A stretch of 64,000 bases of DNA from assembly GCA_037447605.1 (NCBI GenBank), contig CM074811.1, positions 1,302,001-1,366,000 on the forward strand. The letters are read 5' to 3'. Positions within the stretch are counted from its first letter, which is position 1, and every line of letters begins with the position of its first letter. The position numbers and the translations under genes are program-made. Below the pieces are notes generated by a model that made no database searches, was not told the DNA's origin, and saw only the letters and a list, made by a program, of their open reading frames with translations. The DNA is from Zygnema circumcarinatum SAG 698-1b. Taxonomy: Eukaryota > Plantae > Zygnematophyceae. Positions 27,412 through 40,561 of the stretch are shown in pieces.

Positions 27412-30400
27412 TTACATAATGTGCGACTTCTTCACGACCCGAAGCCTCCAATCCAACACGTATACCTCTCCATACCCCGCAGGAAACTGTTGACATTGGC
27501 TCCCACAGAGCAATGTCAACCTCCGTCTCCTCTCACTGAAGCATTTGACTCGCACTTCCACCAAGCCCATGTCCTTCCAAAGGAGGTCCACCTCCACAGC
27601 TCCCCGCACTCTTAGGCCAACCAAAGCTCCAGAGGGCCATTCCTCCCATGGGAAGGCGGGAAATAACTGGATTTCACTGAAGCCCTCCACTTCATTTCCT
27701 CTACTTTGCACCAACATTTCAGCAACAGCAGCTGGAAATCTGCAAGGCAAAGCATTTTGGGTGGTCTAATTGCAAGGGGTGCCTTCATAAGATCACCGAT
27801 AAGGATCAACAAACATTGATCGCGTTTAAATTCACAAGTTTAAAATCAACCGATTTGTCAGAGCACATTTCTGAGGGAAAGGAATAACACGCATACCCGA
27901 GGTTGCCGTCAATTTGGAAAGGAGGGTGGCCGTTGAAGAGGTTCGGATATAACCCACCTCCCCCCAAAGGGGGATATATGGAAGAAGGTTCCAGAAAGCG
28001 AAACAAGTGTGCTACCATGCGGTATGCTTCTTTTGCGTTTCCGAGACGCGCCCACAATGCGATTTTCCATGCAGTTGACCAACCAGGACCTTCTTCACCT
28101 GGCGGACTCGTCAGGTCCGCTCTCACAAGCAAGAAGTCAACAAGATCAGCAAATCCTTATCAACTTGAGGGCGAGTACATGCCAAGAGCCGGACATGAGA
28201 CTGATAATAATGATGATGATGTTGTATTGTCGAACAATGCATCATAACGAGCATGTCTTTGAAGGAGAATGTCAAGCCTGCAAGATAGTTAGGGCTTGAC
28301 AGGAAATCACTCACCCCTGAGAGTGACACTCTTAGCGGCTGCAGCAGCAATTTCTTTGTCTATGTCTGCATGAATGCTGTGCCCCGGATAGAGGCCATAC
28401 AGGTGAGAGAGATGTCGGTGCTGAGGGTCGGGATCATCAAAATCAACTGCCTGCTAGAGGAGCTCTTCAACACACGGAAGCACAAAAGGAGGAAAAGGAA
28501 TGTGGTGATCATGTAAACCAGTTTCGCATCTTGGACCGTAGAGAATGCACATGTATTTTCTAAGGTCCTCCCACCTGTGCTTGAGGGCTTACCCATTCCA
28601 TGAGGCAACCATTCTTCCCCACTTGCAGGGGAAGGAGTCGATCTCTCGCCCTCTTCAACTCAGTGCAAATATCTCCATCTTGATCCCCTAAAATCTGCAC
28701 CATAACAACATTCCCGTGGAGCAAAAACAAAATGGGAGCAAAAAAAAAATGAACAGTGTCCTTTATCCTGCTTCTCCGAAAGGCTTTGACCAGGAAAGTG
28801 TAACTACAGAACTGTGCCATTTCTCTCTCACACTCCTCCCTCGTCAGTTCCACCTTCATTTCTCTCTCCCTTTAAACCTGACCAGCCACATAGAACCCCA
28901 CAGAAAAAGTTTACCTCGTTTGCCACGATGCAAGCAGAGAAGACATGATTGATGATTGAAAGGTCCATTGTGGCCCCCATCGCCACACTAGCAACCTGTC
29001 CATCCTCTTGGAGGAACAAATGTTCGGGAGAGGTAGAGGGGCAAGTGAGGAGGTTTCCACTATGGGGATCCTCCACAAGCCAGTTCAGAAGGAACAGTGC
29101 GCTTCCCCGAAGGAGGGGGTATGCTGTTTCTCGCAAAAAGTCCTACACGCACAAAACAGGAAGGGAGTGGAACTCATTTGGCGGCAGGATGAATAGACCA
29201 AATGGCAGGTTTATGTCCTTGTAGTGCCACGTGGCAGCACCTGATTGGGGGAGAAGCAGTAGTGCTCCCAGAGGTGCAGAACAAGCCAGGCGCCTCCCAT
29301 TGGCCAGAGGGCCCAAGAGGGATCGTCTGCAGTAGTGCCTGTCTGCCCCCAAATGTCGGTTTGATGATGGCAGACCCATCCCGGAAGCCCATAGTTCACC
29401 TACATAAGCATCAATAACACAATAACCCATCCATTTTTTATTTGTCTTGGAATACACGTTTCTGAATTATCCTTTCTATGGACGTCAGAAAATGAGATGT
29501 TGCTGTCTTAGGTGCTAAGTTGGTGGGAGGGTGGTGGGGGAAGAGAAAGTAGTGAGCACCTCAGCTGTAAGGGTCCCATTTTCTGCGAGGATTTTTACAA
29601 GCTCGAATAGCGGGCGGTGACTATCGACGAGGTTGCATACTTCAGCAGGCCAATAGTTCATCTCCAAGTTTATGTTTAAATGAGGGCATCCTCTGCGTTG
29701 CATTGCAGCAAGCACCAAATGAGCCTACTCAAAAATGTGAAAGAATTGAGCACTTCGTAGGGCGACAAACTGTCGCTCTAAGTCGGGATCGCAAGTTTCA
29801 GTTGAAAACGTTAACTTAAGGATACTCAATAAAAAGGCATTCCCAAAAGTCTACATTCGTTTTGTGAAAAAGGATGGGTAGAGTCCCACCTCCATGGAGG
29901 GTTAAGCCCTTGGCTCCATATCCCTTGCAAGTTGGCAACAAAGCTCCCAGGTCTTGAAGAAGAAAGCAGCAGATAGCGCCCGTACTGAAACAGGAGGGTT
30001 ACAAGGCTTGGATCTCTTGTCTCTTGGAAGGACTTCAGTCTCTCATCAGTTGGCAGGACTCCACCTTTTGATATAGCACTAATGATAGCATCCGTCACAC
30101 CACTCTGCTTGCTGGAATTACTACGAGAAACAGCACTATGAGAAGTGGTTTTGTGAGTGTTCAGGATGCTCGGAGTTTCTAGAGCAGGGGATTGTCCTGC
30201 TCTAATCTGACAGAAGTCGCTTGCAATATCCTCCTTGCTACGAACAGTTATCTCCTCCTGCCCATCCAGTTTTCCAATAGCGGCCCTCTCCTCCTCCTTG
30301 GGCCCAAGGAACTCAAGATCCATCTTTCTAAAAAGAGGTTGATAGTCTGCGAGGTGGCAAGCCAAAAGCTCCTCCCAATTTTTCTCCGCTGCAGCTCCAA

Positions 30401-32187
30401 TTGCAGCCTCACACATAGCAAGAGGGTCCCTCGACGAATCCTTTGGAGCCACGTGTGGCCCTTCATACGATGAAGCTCCTGCAACAAGAATCAGTACTCC
30501 ACCTGCACTAACAATATCCAGAGACTTAGCATCTTGGCCTTCCATTACTCTGCCTCCATTCCACAACTGCACCTCAATAACAGCCGCAAAAGCAACCCCT
30601 TCCTGTACACCTTTCTTCGTCGCTTCCTTTCCTCCCGTCCCTTCCTTTCCTTCTCTTTCAATGAAGTTGCCTCCCATTGGACTATCACCCCGGCATCGTC
30701 CAATAAGCACCACTTGGTTCCCCCGATCATTCACGTGCACCGACTGCTTGAGAGGAGAATCTAATCTGACTGACAAGGAGACTCCTTCTTCATAATCAGT
30801 GGTGATTCGAATAGCTAGAACTTGATCAAGCTGTGATACAAAGGCTTCCCGAAGGATCCCGGCTTTTCCGCCATTCTCAGAAGACCAAGTGTATGCAACA
30901 GAGGCTACGGCTGTGTCAAGGTCGAGCTGCCGAACATACTCCTGAACCTTTTCCTCTGACGGAGGGTTTGAGAATAAAAGGGATAGAGTACCGAGGGGCT
31001 CATAAACCTGATCAAGGCCACGCGCACAGCCAAACTCTCAAGCCTGTAGCAGCAAATTGGTACGGAGAGCTGCAAAAGAATTTATCGCTTGATGCCTTAA
31101 TCAACATTGTTTAGACAACATTGAAGAGTCGCATTGCAAAAGAATGAATAGTAGACCTGTGCATAGGCGCCGAGCATGTCTTTGGAAAGCTCGGTGGCCT
31201 TTGCGAAATGTCCTGCAAAGACAGCCTCACGGACAGCTGGCAGCACATCCTTCGCCCCCGGATTGTTCCAATCCTTAGGTCCTCCTGACCACAGCGAGTC
31301 CTCTGCACAACGAATGTACAGCATATTCAGCACAGACGAAAAGAGAAAATAACATATGAATGTAACATAAAATTCACGCTGTGCAAACACGCCGTCCTTA
31401 ACGTTTACCAATAAGATCTTAGATACCAGACGACTCAGCCGCCTCTCAATTGAGATGAATGGAGTTAAATTCATTTTTTGTTTTTTCACAGTAACAATGT
31501 ACACCCTTATCTATCTCAATAAATGTCCATCCACCAATGCCGCTCCCAAAGGTTTGATAACTCCTTCAGCTTGTTATACACACGCATGATAACGCTATCG
31601 GAGAAAGAATTTGCAAAACTATGCACCTTTCATAGATACTCGAATGTGACCCTCAGCCCTACCGCACTCGCTATATTGTGCGATTTAAAAAAAGCGCCCT
31701 TACATCCATAAAAATCCCTTCAACTTGCTAAATTATTTGCGCACTACGCAACAGCTTTATCCCCTACTTCTCCATTCCTAAGAAGCTTGAATGCTTCACC
31801 CGACCTCCTGACACTACAATGCAGTTAAAATTATAATTAGCAATAAAATGTTCAAATATGATATTCCCTTTCCCTCACAGCAATAGCACCTCCCATGAAG
31901 AAGCAAACAACTTCCGGGTTGCTGAAATGCAAGGGCCCACCGTTCAACTCAACCGTTTCCGTTGCAGTTCCACCGAACAGCATGGCGCCCAGGCGGCCAT
32001 TCCCCAATGGCAGCGCCTCCGTCCAGTGGGAGGCCGCCCGCCTGTACCAAAGGGATGAGAAAGGCGCGCAGAACTCGCCTCTAATGCGCTTCATGTACAG
32101 GTTTTCTATGCTGCAGTTTTCATCGGGCAGGTCTTCCACGGATACAGAGACCCAGTCGTCATCTATGGCCTCTGCAGAAGCCTCCAT
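27412..32187 (-). CDS. Alpha-L-fucosidase, glycoside hydrolase family 95 (FUC95A/AXY8-like), multi-exon
   Basis: WTEALPLGNGRLGAM, LFQYGRYLLLSSSRPG...ANLQGIW, NINLEMNYWPAE, TCPSTSPEH, HRHLSHLYGLYPG, GPGWSTAWK, PPFQIDGNLG. Confidence 0.93.
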
Positions 32188-32344
32188 CTCTCTCCCCTCT
32201 CTCCCTCGCCTCTCCGTCCCTGCTCTCCTCTCTCTCTCCCTCCCCTGAAAGCAGGAGCAAGCCCTGGGCTTCAACAGAACCAAGACGTTTCTTTGGTTGA
32301 AGGGCGGACATTGGAGCTTTAAAAATTTAAAAAAATGGTCTGGA

Positions 32345-32615
32345 CCAATCCCAGCCTGCCACGTCAGCAGATTTGCGTACGTGCCATAAGCTGATTGGCC
32401 TCCGCTTAAGTACACTTCAATGGAGACCATCCCAAAACCGCCCGCTTTTCGCTCCGATTGCCACGTTTCATCCTCATGCCGATGTGGCAACGACCGCCGC
32501 CACGTAGATTCACCACGTAGATGCCACTGCAGCGAAATTTACGTGTCTGGACACTTGTCGCCTTCTCCGTCGGTAAGCTGACGTGGCGAGGGCCAGGTAT
32601 GATACCACGTGGCGT
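32345..32615. promoter_or_regulatory. Divergent promoter with an ACGT-core (ABRE/G-box) cluster and an inverted pair of CCAAT-(C)CACG motifs
   Basis: CCAAT-N9-CCACG at 32345-32363 (+), CCAAT-N10-CACG at 32380-32398 (-), plus CCACGT, ACGTGTC, TGACGTGGC and CCACGTGGC, lying between the fucosidase and LEA genes. Confidence 0.55.
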
Positions 32616-33482
32616 CTGGATGTTTTCCCTGCAAGCAGGCCTTGGCAAAGGGCTCTGGAGGAAAGCGGTAGAAGAGGCGACATTTTTTTTTTTTACCACA
32701 GAAGCATTTCTCCGTTTTGGCAGCGCCCGTTGGGACTTTGAAGGCGGGCCATATTCAAAGTATTCTGCAGCGCTTGAGAGGGAAGCAGAAGCAGAAGAAG
32801 CAGTGCACGGGAGCGCTTCCCTCATAGTAAGTGCTTGCTTGAATCAAATGGTGCTTGAAACTCGGTTGAAAAAAATGTTTGCAGATTACTCAGGGAGGAG
32901 AGGGGAGGCAAATGAGAGGACGCGAGAGAGGAGGGCGTGGATGATAGCAAGTAGGATGGTTGAGGAGGCTGAGATCAAATGGTTGCTGGAGAAGGTGTGG
33001 CGAGGCGACTGTGTCTGCAATCTTCTTGGAGTTCATACAGATTTGCCTCCAAACGGGCTGCTTACATCTGCAATGTTCTCAACTACCAAGTGAAGCCGGT
33101 GTACCTTTGACAGAATATGCAAAGTGAGAAGCATAGTAGTCTTGCTGTACTGGATGAAACAATTTGCTTTGAGCAAAAAATCGGCATGCTTGCTGATTAG
33201 TTGTTCATGTCGAACTTGTATGAGCCTGCAACTTTGAACTTGGGATGTACAAGGCCCATAGGCCAAGGCCCTTGTCTTTCACATTGGTTGCGGGCTCTCT
33301 GAATAATGAAGTCGATTATTGATTATAATTTTGATCTACCACGATGCAAGTAGCCCTTGAAAATTCTCTATTTGCTAGCATTTGTGAATGTAGAAGTTTT
33401 CATTTGCATCTGAATGCTGCGCTCATAATCGCTTGGTCTCCCGCAGCCAGCAGACCACTTTCAGAGACGGCTCTTTGCTGAA

Positions 33483-34418
33483 ATGGCTCAGTCAACGGAG
33501 AGCATCCACGAGAAGATTGTGCCTTCAGATGAAGTCCCCGGAATGATGGAAAAGGTGGCGCCCTTGCTGCCAGAGGACATTCCAAACCCGGAGACGATTG
33601 GAAAAAAGCGAACCGAGGTAACGAGCAAGCACCAATGTAGAGTTTCTTAAAAGGCAATGACGGCGTTTCTTATGTGGCCGTGCTTGTAATCTTCTTGCAA
33701 TCCCTTGCCAGCTTGTATATTACCAGCAAACTACCTTCTGGATATTGAACCGCGAGTTATGTAGCGTGGCAGAAGGCTGATGACCATGACGAGTGATGAG
33801 TGATGAGTGGGAGTGATGTGCATGAGTCATCACTCACTTTAGCCGATTTGGCTTGTTTGTAGCTATACTGGGTTTAAATCTTTGCGGTTTTTTTTTTTTT
33901 TTGCATTTCGAATGACAGTTTATCGTTAGTTGTGTGCAAACAGACGCAGGAAATTTTGGGCCGTCCAATTACCCTAGAGGACGCTGCCGAGGTGACTGCA
34001 GCAGCACAAGCTGCAGGGCAGGATACCGGAAAAGGCAGCGTTGCAGCACGAATGCAGGTGAGACTAACTTTATCCGCCACCGGCCTGGATTCTACCTTCA
34101 TGCAGGACCTTCGTACCTCCCAAATTGCACTTCGTTTGCCTTAGTTTACCTTACCAGAGTTTTCCTTTGCTTTATCACCACCCTAACAGCAGCCTCCAGG
34201 ATTTTTTCTTTGTTTAAGCCATTGTGTACGGTGGTGGGCTGTCTGTGCAGTCGGCGGCGGCTGTCAATGTGAAGGAGGGCATAGTCCCGCCTGTGGGGAC
34301 TCGCCCGCCCGGGACTGAACGGGGAGTGGTTACAGGCCCCGGGGAGCGCGCAATGACTCACTCGCATGTGGCTCGTGGAACGAAGTCGACAACTGGAGGA
34401 CCTGGCCCCCATGGCTAA
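33483..34418 (+). CDS. Small SMP-domain (LEA D-34-like) protein, ~138 aa, 3 coding exons
   Basis: Exons 33483-33617, 33944-34057 and 34251-34418 join in phase 0 with GT-AG. PITLEDAAEVTAA...GKGSVAARMQSAAAVN resembles the SMP repeat. Confidence 0.7.
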
Positions 34419-34949
34419 ACCTTCCACGCAAGAGATGTTGTGAGCGGCATTTGGTTGCTCGATGAAAACTACACCAGGGTTTCGCAATGTTGCCTTTAAG
34501 CATCTCCTGTAAATAGGAGCAGTCTAAGCGGGACTCTCGCCCAAGTTTGTAACAGTAGAAAGCGTTGTAAGGACTGAAGACTGAGGGAAAGAGATGTGGC
34601 ATTGAGGAGGGACAATTTTTCCAGTTAGAAATCAAGATCAGGAGCTGATGTGTGCCGTACTGTTGTGCCAAACTTTGATATGAAAGTCATGAGACCAACC
34701 ACAACACACCCGTACCGTTTTCGTACTGTTTTCGTACCCCCGCTCGAGGCCTTCTCTAATCATTGCGAATTCTTACCCTATTTACCTTATCCAATGGAAA
34801 CTTGCCACATGTACAAATTGTCCGACGCGGCGGATTCTAATTTGCGGATCTTGTAGCGTATTTTTCAAGTTTGTCGGTTTTTTTTTGTCGGTCCCCAACG
34901 GCTACGGACAAGCAGAACTTCCCCCCCGTCAGTCCCCGTTCGCTCTGAG

Positions 34950-34968
34950 CCAATCGCTGATCGCCACG
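34950..34968 (+). promoter_or_regulatory. CCAAT-N9-CCACG motif upstream of the acidic-protein gene
   Basis: CCAAT-CGCTGATCG-CCACGTG; a near match also at 34791-34809. Confidence 0.5.
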
Positions 34969-36430
34969 TGGTCCGTACTTACCCACCTTGTCGGTTTGCG
35001 CCCTGGCGTTCTGAGCCGCCTGGCTTCGTCGTCGTGACGCGCGCTCCCTCCTCCTCGATTGGCGGAATCCAACATTCCGCCAATCGGATGCCACTGGTGT
35101 CCGACAGATTTATCGAATTCTCCTAATTTCTTGTTTTACGGCGGAACGGGGCATGCAACGACAGGTTCCAGCCGCGGGCCCGGATTTACCAACCTCCTGT
35201 CAGCGCTCGGCCAGAAAGTACAGTTCCTGCCACGCTGGCAGGAACGCCATATCGTACGATCTGTAAGTGGCTGCAGGGCCGTACCGTACGGATTCTGGTT
35301 CCGGTTTTCGACTTGAGCGCACCACCAGAGGCTGGCTTCAGCCATCGGCCTTTGAGGGAGGGAGAGAGAGAGGGAGGGAGGGAGGGGGTGGGCCCTGTCA
35401 GACTGCCTTCCAGGGCCATGGCGGCCAAGTGAAGGCCGTGAGGCTGCGGCGTAGTCGGTATATTGCTGTAAGTACTCATAGACATGCAGTTTTTTTTTTA
35501 TTTTTTTGGAGGGGCTACGGGTGAGCCAAGCAGGTTTCAGTAACGCATTGCAACGTGTGGATATGGAGCAATCACCCCTCGAGCCAGAAACATGTGCATT
35601 TGCTTGAACTAGTCAGCTTTCTATCTCCATCCTCCGCTTCTACCCGCTCTGTGTGCAAGCCCCTTCCCTCCGTCACCCCTTCCCATTGTGGCTACTGTTG
35701 TGATATCCACATATTGGCGCAGCGCCGCATCCGCCACGCCGTCCTCCACCGCTCTTCCCTCGGCCCAGGCCGCGCCCGCCTCTCTCCGCCCGCCACCTTC
35801 AGCCGCCCGCCAGCGCCCCCTAGAAGCTGATCGGGACGCAGAAAGGATCCTGTGGCGGCGGCCCAAAGATTGTTCCTGCTACAGGTAAACCGAGAACATG
35901 CAGGACTGAGCGAACGGAGTATTTCTCCCTAGTATTACCTACCTCCTTCCCCACCCCTCTCGCTCGCCGACTCTCTCTCAGTCTCCCTCTCTCCCCCGCT
36001 CGCTCTCCTCTCTCGGCCTCTCTACCCCATCTTTCTTCCTCTTTTTCTGTGTATAATCTGGGCAGCCCGCCCTCCCGCCCACCTGCCGTCCCTCCAACCC
36101 CTCGTTTTTCTCGCCCCCATCTCCCCCACTCCACTCTCTCCTTCTCTATTCTCCCTCCTTTCCTCCTTTTTCCTGTACATTCGCAGCCCCCACTATCTCT
36201 CACGCCCCCTCGTCCTCCTGCAGTCTATCTTTCCCTCCCTTCTCTATCCCTATCTCTCTCCCCCTTTCCCACTCTTGCTCCTCTTTCTCCCTCCGTTTGT
36301 TTTCCTCAGCTAGCCCGCTCGCTCTCCCTCTCTTCTCACTCCCTCTCTCACTCCTTTTTCCTCTTTTTCTTGCAGCTCTCTCCCTTTGAGAAGCCCCCCG
36401 CTGCTTCTTTTTCACTAGCAGCAGCCCTCC

Positions 36431-37752
36431 ATGGCCACTGAAGTCCCCGTTGTGCCCCGTGCAAGAGTTTCCACCGACTATGACGATGTTGCAGGCGACC
36501 GGTGGTATGGAGAAAAAGGGGATGAATACGACAAAGACGATTATGAAGAGGTAGAGGAGGTAGAGGAGGAAGAGGGAGAAGCTGACGGGCGCAGAGAGGC
36601 AGGTAAGGAAATCAAGTCGGTAGGAAACGATCAGCACAGGAAGAGTTATGAGCAGGAGGAGGGTGGGGAGGGCTCCATATCCGGAAGCTATCCCGCTCTT
36701 TCAGTATCGGAAAAAGATTTCGATGTTCACGGTGACGACGGTTACGTCTCAAAGTCGAGAAACGGAGGTAGCTCAATCCATTCTAAAGAGGACGCCGAAG
36801 ATGAAAAAGAGGAGAAGGGGAGAATGGCTGAGGGGACAGGCCATGATTTGTATCCAGATTCTGCCCATGGCATTTCAATTCGGTCCTCTGACACCGTCAG
36901 CGATATTCAGTTTGATGATGACGACGAAAAGGAGACGGACCCTCCAAATGCAGACCCGCCTTCGCAGGATAAAGAACTAACAAGACCAATATCATTGAGA
37001 GTGCGCTCTTCCAGTAATGTTGAAGGGGTTCTGTTTGATGATGAGGTTGCGGAAGACGACGATGAAGATGATGCTGAAGATGGGACACAAGCTCTTGACT
37101 CAAATCGCAAGGAGAATGCTGCAGAGGAGGTTGAGGTCAAGGAAGGTCCTTTGAAGACTTCAGAGCAGTCAGACTCTAGAGAGGAAGGTGTGGGAGAGGG
37201 TACAAATGCCAAGACTGATGGGTTGGAAAAGGCTTGGAAGGATCAAGCAGAGGAAGAGGGCATGGAAAATGAAGAAGAGGAGCTGTACAAGCACGGCCTT
37301 AGAGTGCGAGAGTCGAGGGCTGAGAGATTGGTTGGAGAAGAGGAGACCCCCCCAGCAGCCATAGCACCGAATGCAACATCTGAGGTGCATATGCTTGCTC
37401 TTAATCAGAAGACAATTGCAGACTGTTGGTGTTGGTCCTGTCTTAATCAACTCCTTGTTTCAGATGATCTTTGATCACCGAATTTGCATGTGTCAGTATT
37501 CACCAGTATTCAGTAACTATTTAAGAATGTGCTGTTTTACAGGAAGTGGCGAAGGTTCAATCTGATCTTAATCAAACGTCGGAGAAGGATCAACCAGTCA
37601 CCCCTGACCCCAACAGCGTTTCTGCTATACCGGTTGCCCCGAGCAAGCAGGGCAAAGCTAGTGATGATGACGAAAAACATGTAGTTGGTGGAAAGCCGAT
37701 GCGTTTCCGCCGGATCCTGGGCCATTTTGTCTGTGGATGCCGACAGCATTAG
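36431..37752 (+). CDS. Unknown acidic, probably disordered protein (~387 aa, 2 coding exons)
   Basis: Long D/E-rich ORF 36431-37384 with donor GAG|GT; in-phase exon 37543-37752 ending KPMRFRRILGHFVCGCRQH. Confidence 0.7.
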
Positions 37753-39070
37753 ATGGGAATAATGAGCAGAGAGAGAGAGAGAGAGGGAGAGAGAGGAAGA
37801 GAGAGAGCGAGGGAGATGTGCTGTAAGAGAGTGGCGCATGGAGGGCAAATGGTGAAGCCTTCATCTCAGTTGACAGTGGCAACAGAGGGCGGCATCCATG
37901 GCTGATGAGCTCAGGGATGAGAGGAGCAGGACTGCTGCAGGTGAGGATAAGCATGCCCTCCCTTGGTTTAAGGTTACTTTATTACTACAGCTCCGATCCT
38001 AAGGCCGAGGTTGGCTCTAAAATAGAATAGAATAGAATAGAGCGGCTTTTATTTGGTTGTTTGCTTCTACTCTTCCTATTGCTGAACCGTTGTTGTTAAC
38101 TTCATGTTTAGTAACGAGGGTTCCTTTTCGTTTTCATAGATTAATCCATCACTATTTATGGCGTCTAGAATGTCTTCACTTTATAGCAAGCTAACACTTG
38201 CTACACGGCGCTGCTGCAAACCTTAGATCTCCATTTAATCCTTTACGTCCATGCAAGCCCGCCTGTCACGACCACTCTTACATAGTACAAGGGAAAGGTC
38301 TCATGTCTATGATTAAGCTCCTGGGTCCTCTCGTAAGGAGGGGAAATTGGCTATTTCAATTGGTGTGGGTTGTCAACGGAAGCTGGTTGGAGCTGGTTGG
38401 TTGGTTGGTTGGTTGGTTGGTTCGTTGGTTGGTTGGCTGGACGTTGATTATCCTTTTTTATATGTCACTCATGGGACGGTTGCATGAGTGGACCACATGC
38501 TTGGATGGTTTCTGAAGTCATCACTACAAGTGAACTGATTTGAACATCAGGAACTGGGACCTGGAGTGCTTTCTGCTCACTACATTTGGTTGAAATCCTG
38601 GAAAGGGGAAGAAGAGGTGCCAGAGAAAAATAAAGTATCCAGTCCTTAACAGAGGGTTTTCGAAATAAGGGCCAACGGGAAGCTGGACCCACATCTGCTC
38701 GCGCATGTTGAGCAGTTGAAATTAAAGCTCCATTAGAGAGAACACTAGCTCAACATTGTATAATCGACTTTGCTTTCATTTCCAAGAAGAATGAAAATCG
38801 CATTCATCGCATCAACATTACATAGGAGAAGGCGCGTGTGTGTGCCAACACTACATGGTACCAATAGCCCCAAAAGTTGGGGAGCGCGCTAGTGCTAGTA
38901 ACGGCTGCTGTGCTTCTAGCCAGCCCTAGGCCTAGGCGACAATATGGCCAACAAACCCCCTCATGCCTTCGGCCCGCCCAAACTTTGCCCTCCCCCCAAG
39001 TCCCCTACGGCTACCGTACAGATTCGTACAACGGAAGGTCCAAAACCGCCGCCGGTACCTCGCTTTTCCA

Positions 39071-39089
39071 CGTGGCACATCTCCATTGG
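39071..39089 (-). promoter_or_regulatory. CCAAT-N9-CCACG motif upstream of the carrier gene
   Basis: + strand CGTGG-CACATCTCC-ATTGG. Confidence 0.5.
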
Positions 39090-39470
39090 CCGATGTCAAT
39101 ATTCACACGTGTGAACCATTTCGCTTTGGCTTTTTAGCGCAGCGACAAAAGATCTCGGGCCACTACGAGACGCGTGGCGCCGCCAAACGTTCCTCGAATC
39201 CTGACCGTCCGATCGGGATAAATGGACGGCCGATATTTCACTTGGGCCTTTGGGCCCTTCCGGGCTGGTTCGTAGCGGGGTGAAAGTCCGCCTATGACGT
39301 CAGCATAGATCCGCGGCGCGTTCGTACTATCGGGCGGGCGCCGGAGCAGTTCAAAAAGGCCGCCTGTCCTACAAAGGAACTTTCCAGGCCGTACATGACG
39401 TACGGTTCGTACAGAAGGGGGCTTTTCCCCTCTCCTTCTCCTGCTGGCTGCTTGCAACCACCGGCCCTGC

Positions 39471-39693
39471 AGGGAAGGAGACGGAGGCGGAGAGGGAGGG
39501 CGAGGGCGAGGGAGAGGGAGAGGGAGAGGGAGAGGAGAGGGAGAAGGAGAGGGAGAGGAAGAGGGAGAGGGAGAGGGAGGGAGAGGGGAGGGGGGGGGAG
39601 AGGGGAGAGGGAGAGGGAGTGGAAGGGAAGGAGAGGGGAGAGGGAGAGGGAGAGGGGAGGGAGAGGGGGGGGAGGGAGAGAGGAAGGGGGAGG
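39471..39693 (+). repeat. GA-rich tract, (GAGAGG)n-like, in the putative 5' UTR exon of the carrier gene
   Basis: Read directly; followed by a donor-like AAG|GTATGG at ~39727. Confidence 0.85.
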
Positions 39694-40561
39694 ATCGAGG
39701 ATCAACGCAAGGAGAACGAGCAGAAGGTATGGTCCGGATGAAGCACATGGAGGAGAGGGAGAGGTGGAAGGGAGTGTGTGCAGAGTGTTTTGATTGATAG
39801 AGAGCGGGATCATTGGATAGAGTTATCGGAAGGGAAGGATTATATGATTATATGATTATATGTACCGGTTTGGCAGCTTTATTGGAGTGTCATCGCTCTT
39901 GTTGTGGCATGTCGGGGCGCTGACCATGTAGAGGAACTTCAACCTTCTCCTTAACGCTGAATACGAGCACCCTTTTTCAACTTTCGTAGGCATTCATGCC
40001 TCTTGCAAGCGTCTTAGGTAGAGTAAATTATGCGATAAAATGACATGAAAACATATGATATTGTCGGAAAGGAGATTATTTCGGCATGGCATTAGCTGGA
40101 TGGTTCCGAGACGTTCCTCAGGTCATGCCCAATCTTGTGCTTAGCAATCTTATGGTCCGGAATTCGCATAGATCATGTCATACGCTTCAAAGTCGAAATG
40201 CTCACGCTCAGTTATGAATGATTATTGTAACCTCACGAGTCTCATTCATGAAGGTAGTTGCTCGGTGTTTGAAGTTTCAGGAGCCGCAGGAAAGCATCCT
40301 GTTCACATCCTGCAGTCTCTATTCTGCCTCGCCAGGTTTTTTTTTTTTTGAAATCTATGCCAATGTCTTTTGTCCCTGCAGGTAGAGGAGATGTACCTCC
40401 AAGCAAATCACACTGATAGATTTCTTGTTTGGCGAACGTTGATTGCTTAACGAATTTTGCGGAGACTTCGCGACACCTCTAGTTTATCCCTCAACCGAAC
40501 AGCGTAGTGGGGGCAGTAAAGTCTCAAGGAGCTGAAACGCCCACTCATTTCAAGTCTGACG

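Noticed and set aside
37975-38045. Short segment ending in (AATAG)4, resembling a retroelement 3' tail
   Set aside because: No TSD, pol III boxes or second copy visible; treated as a microsatellite.
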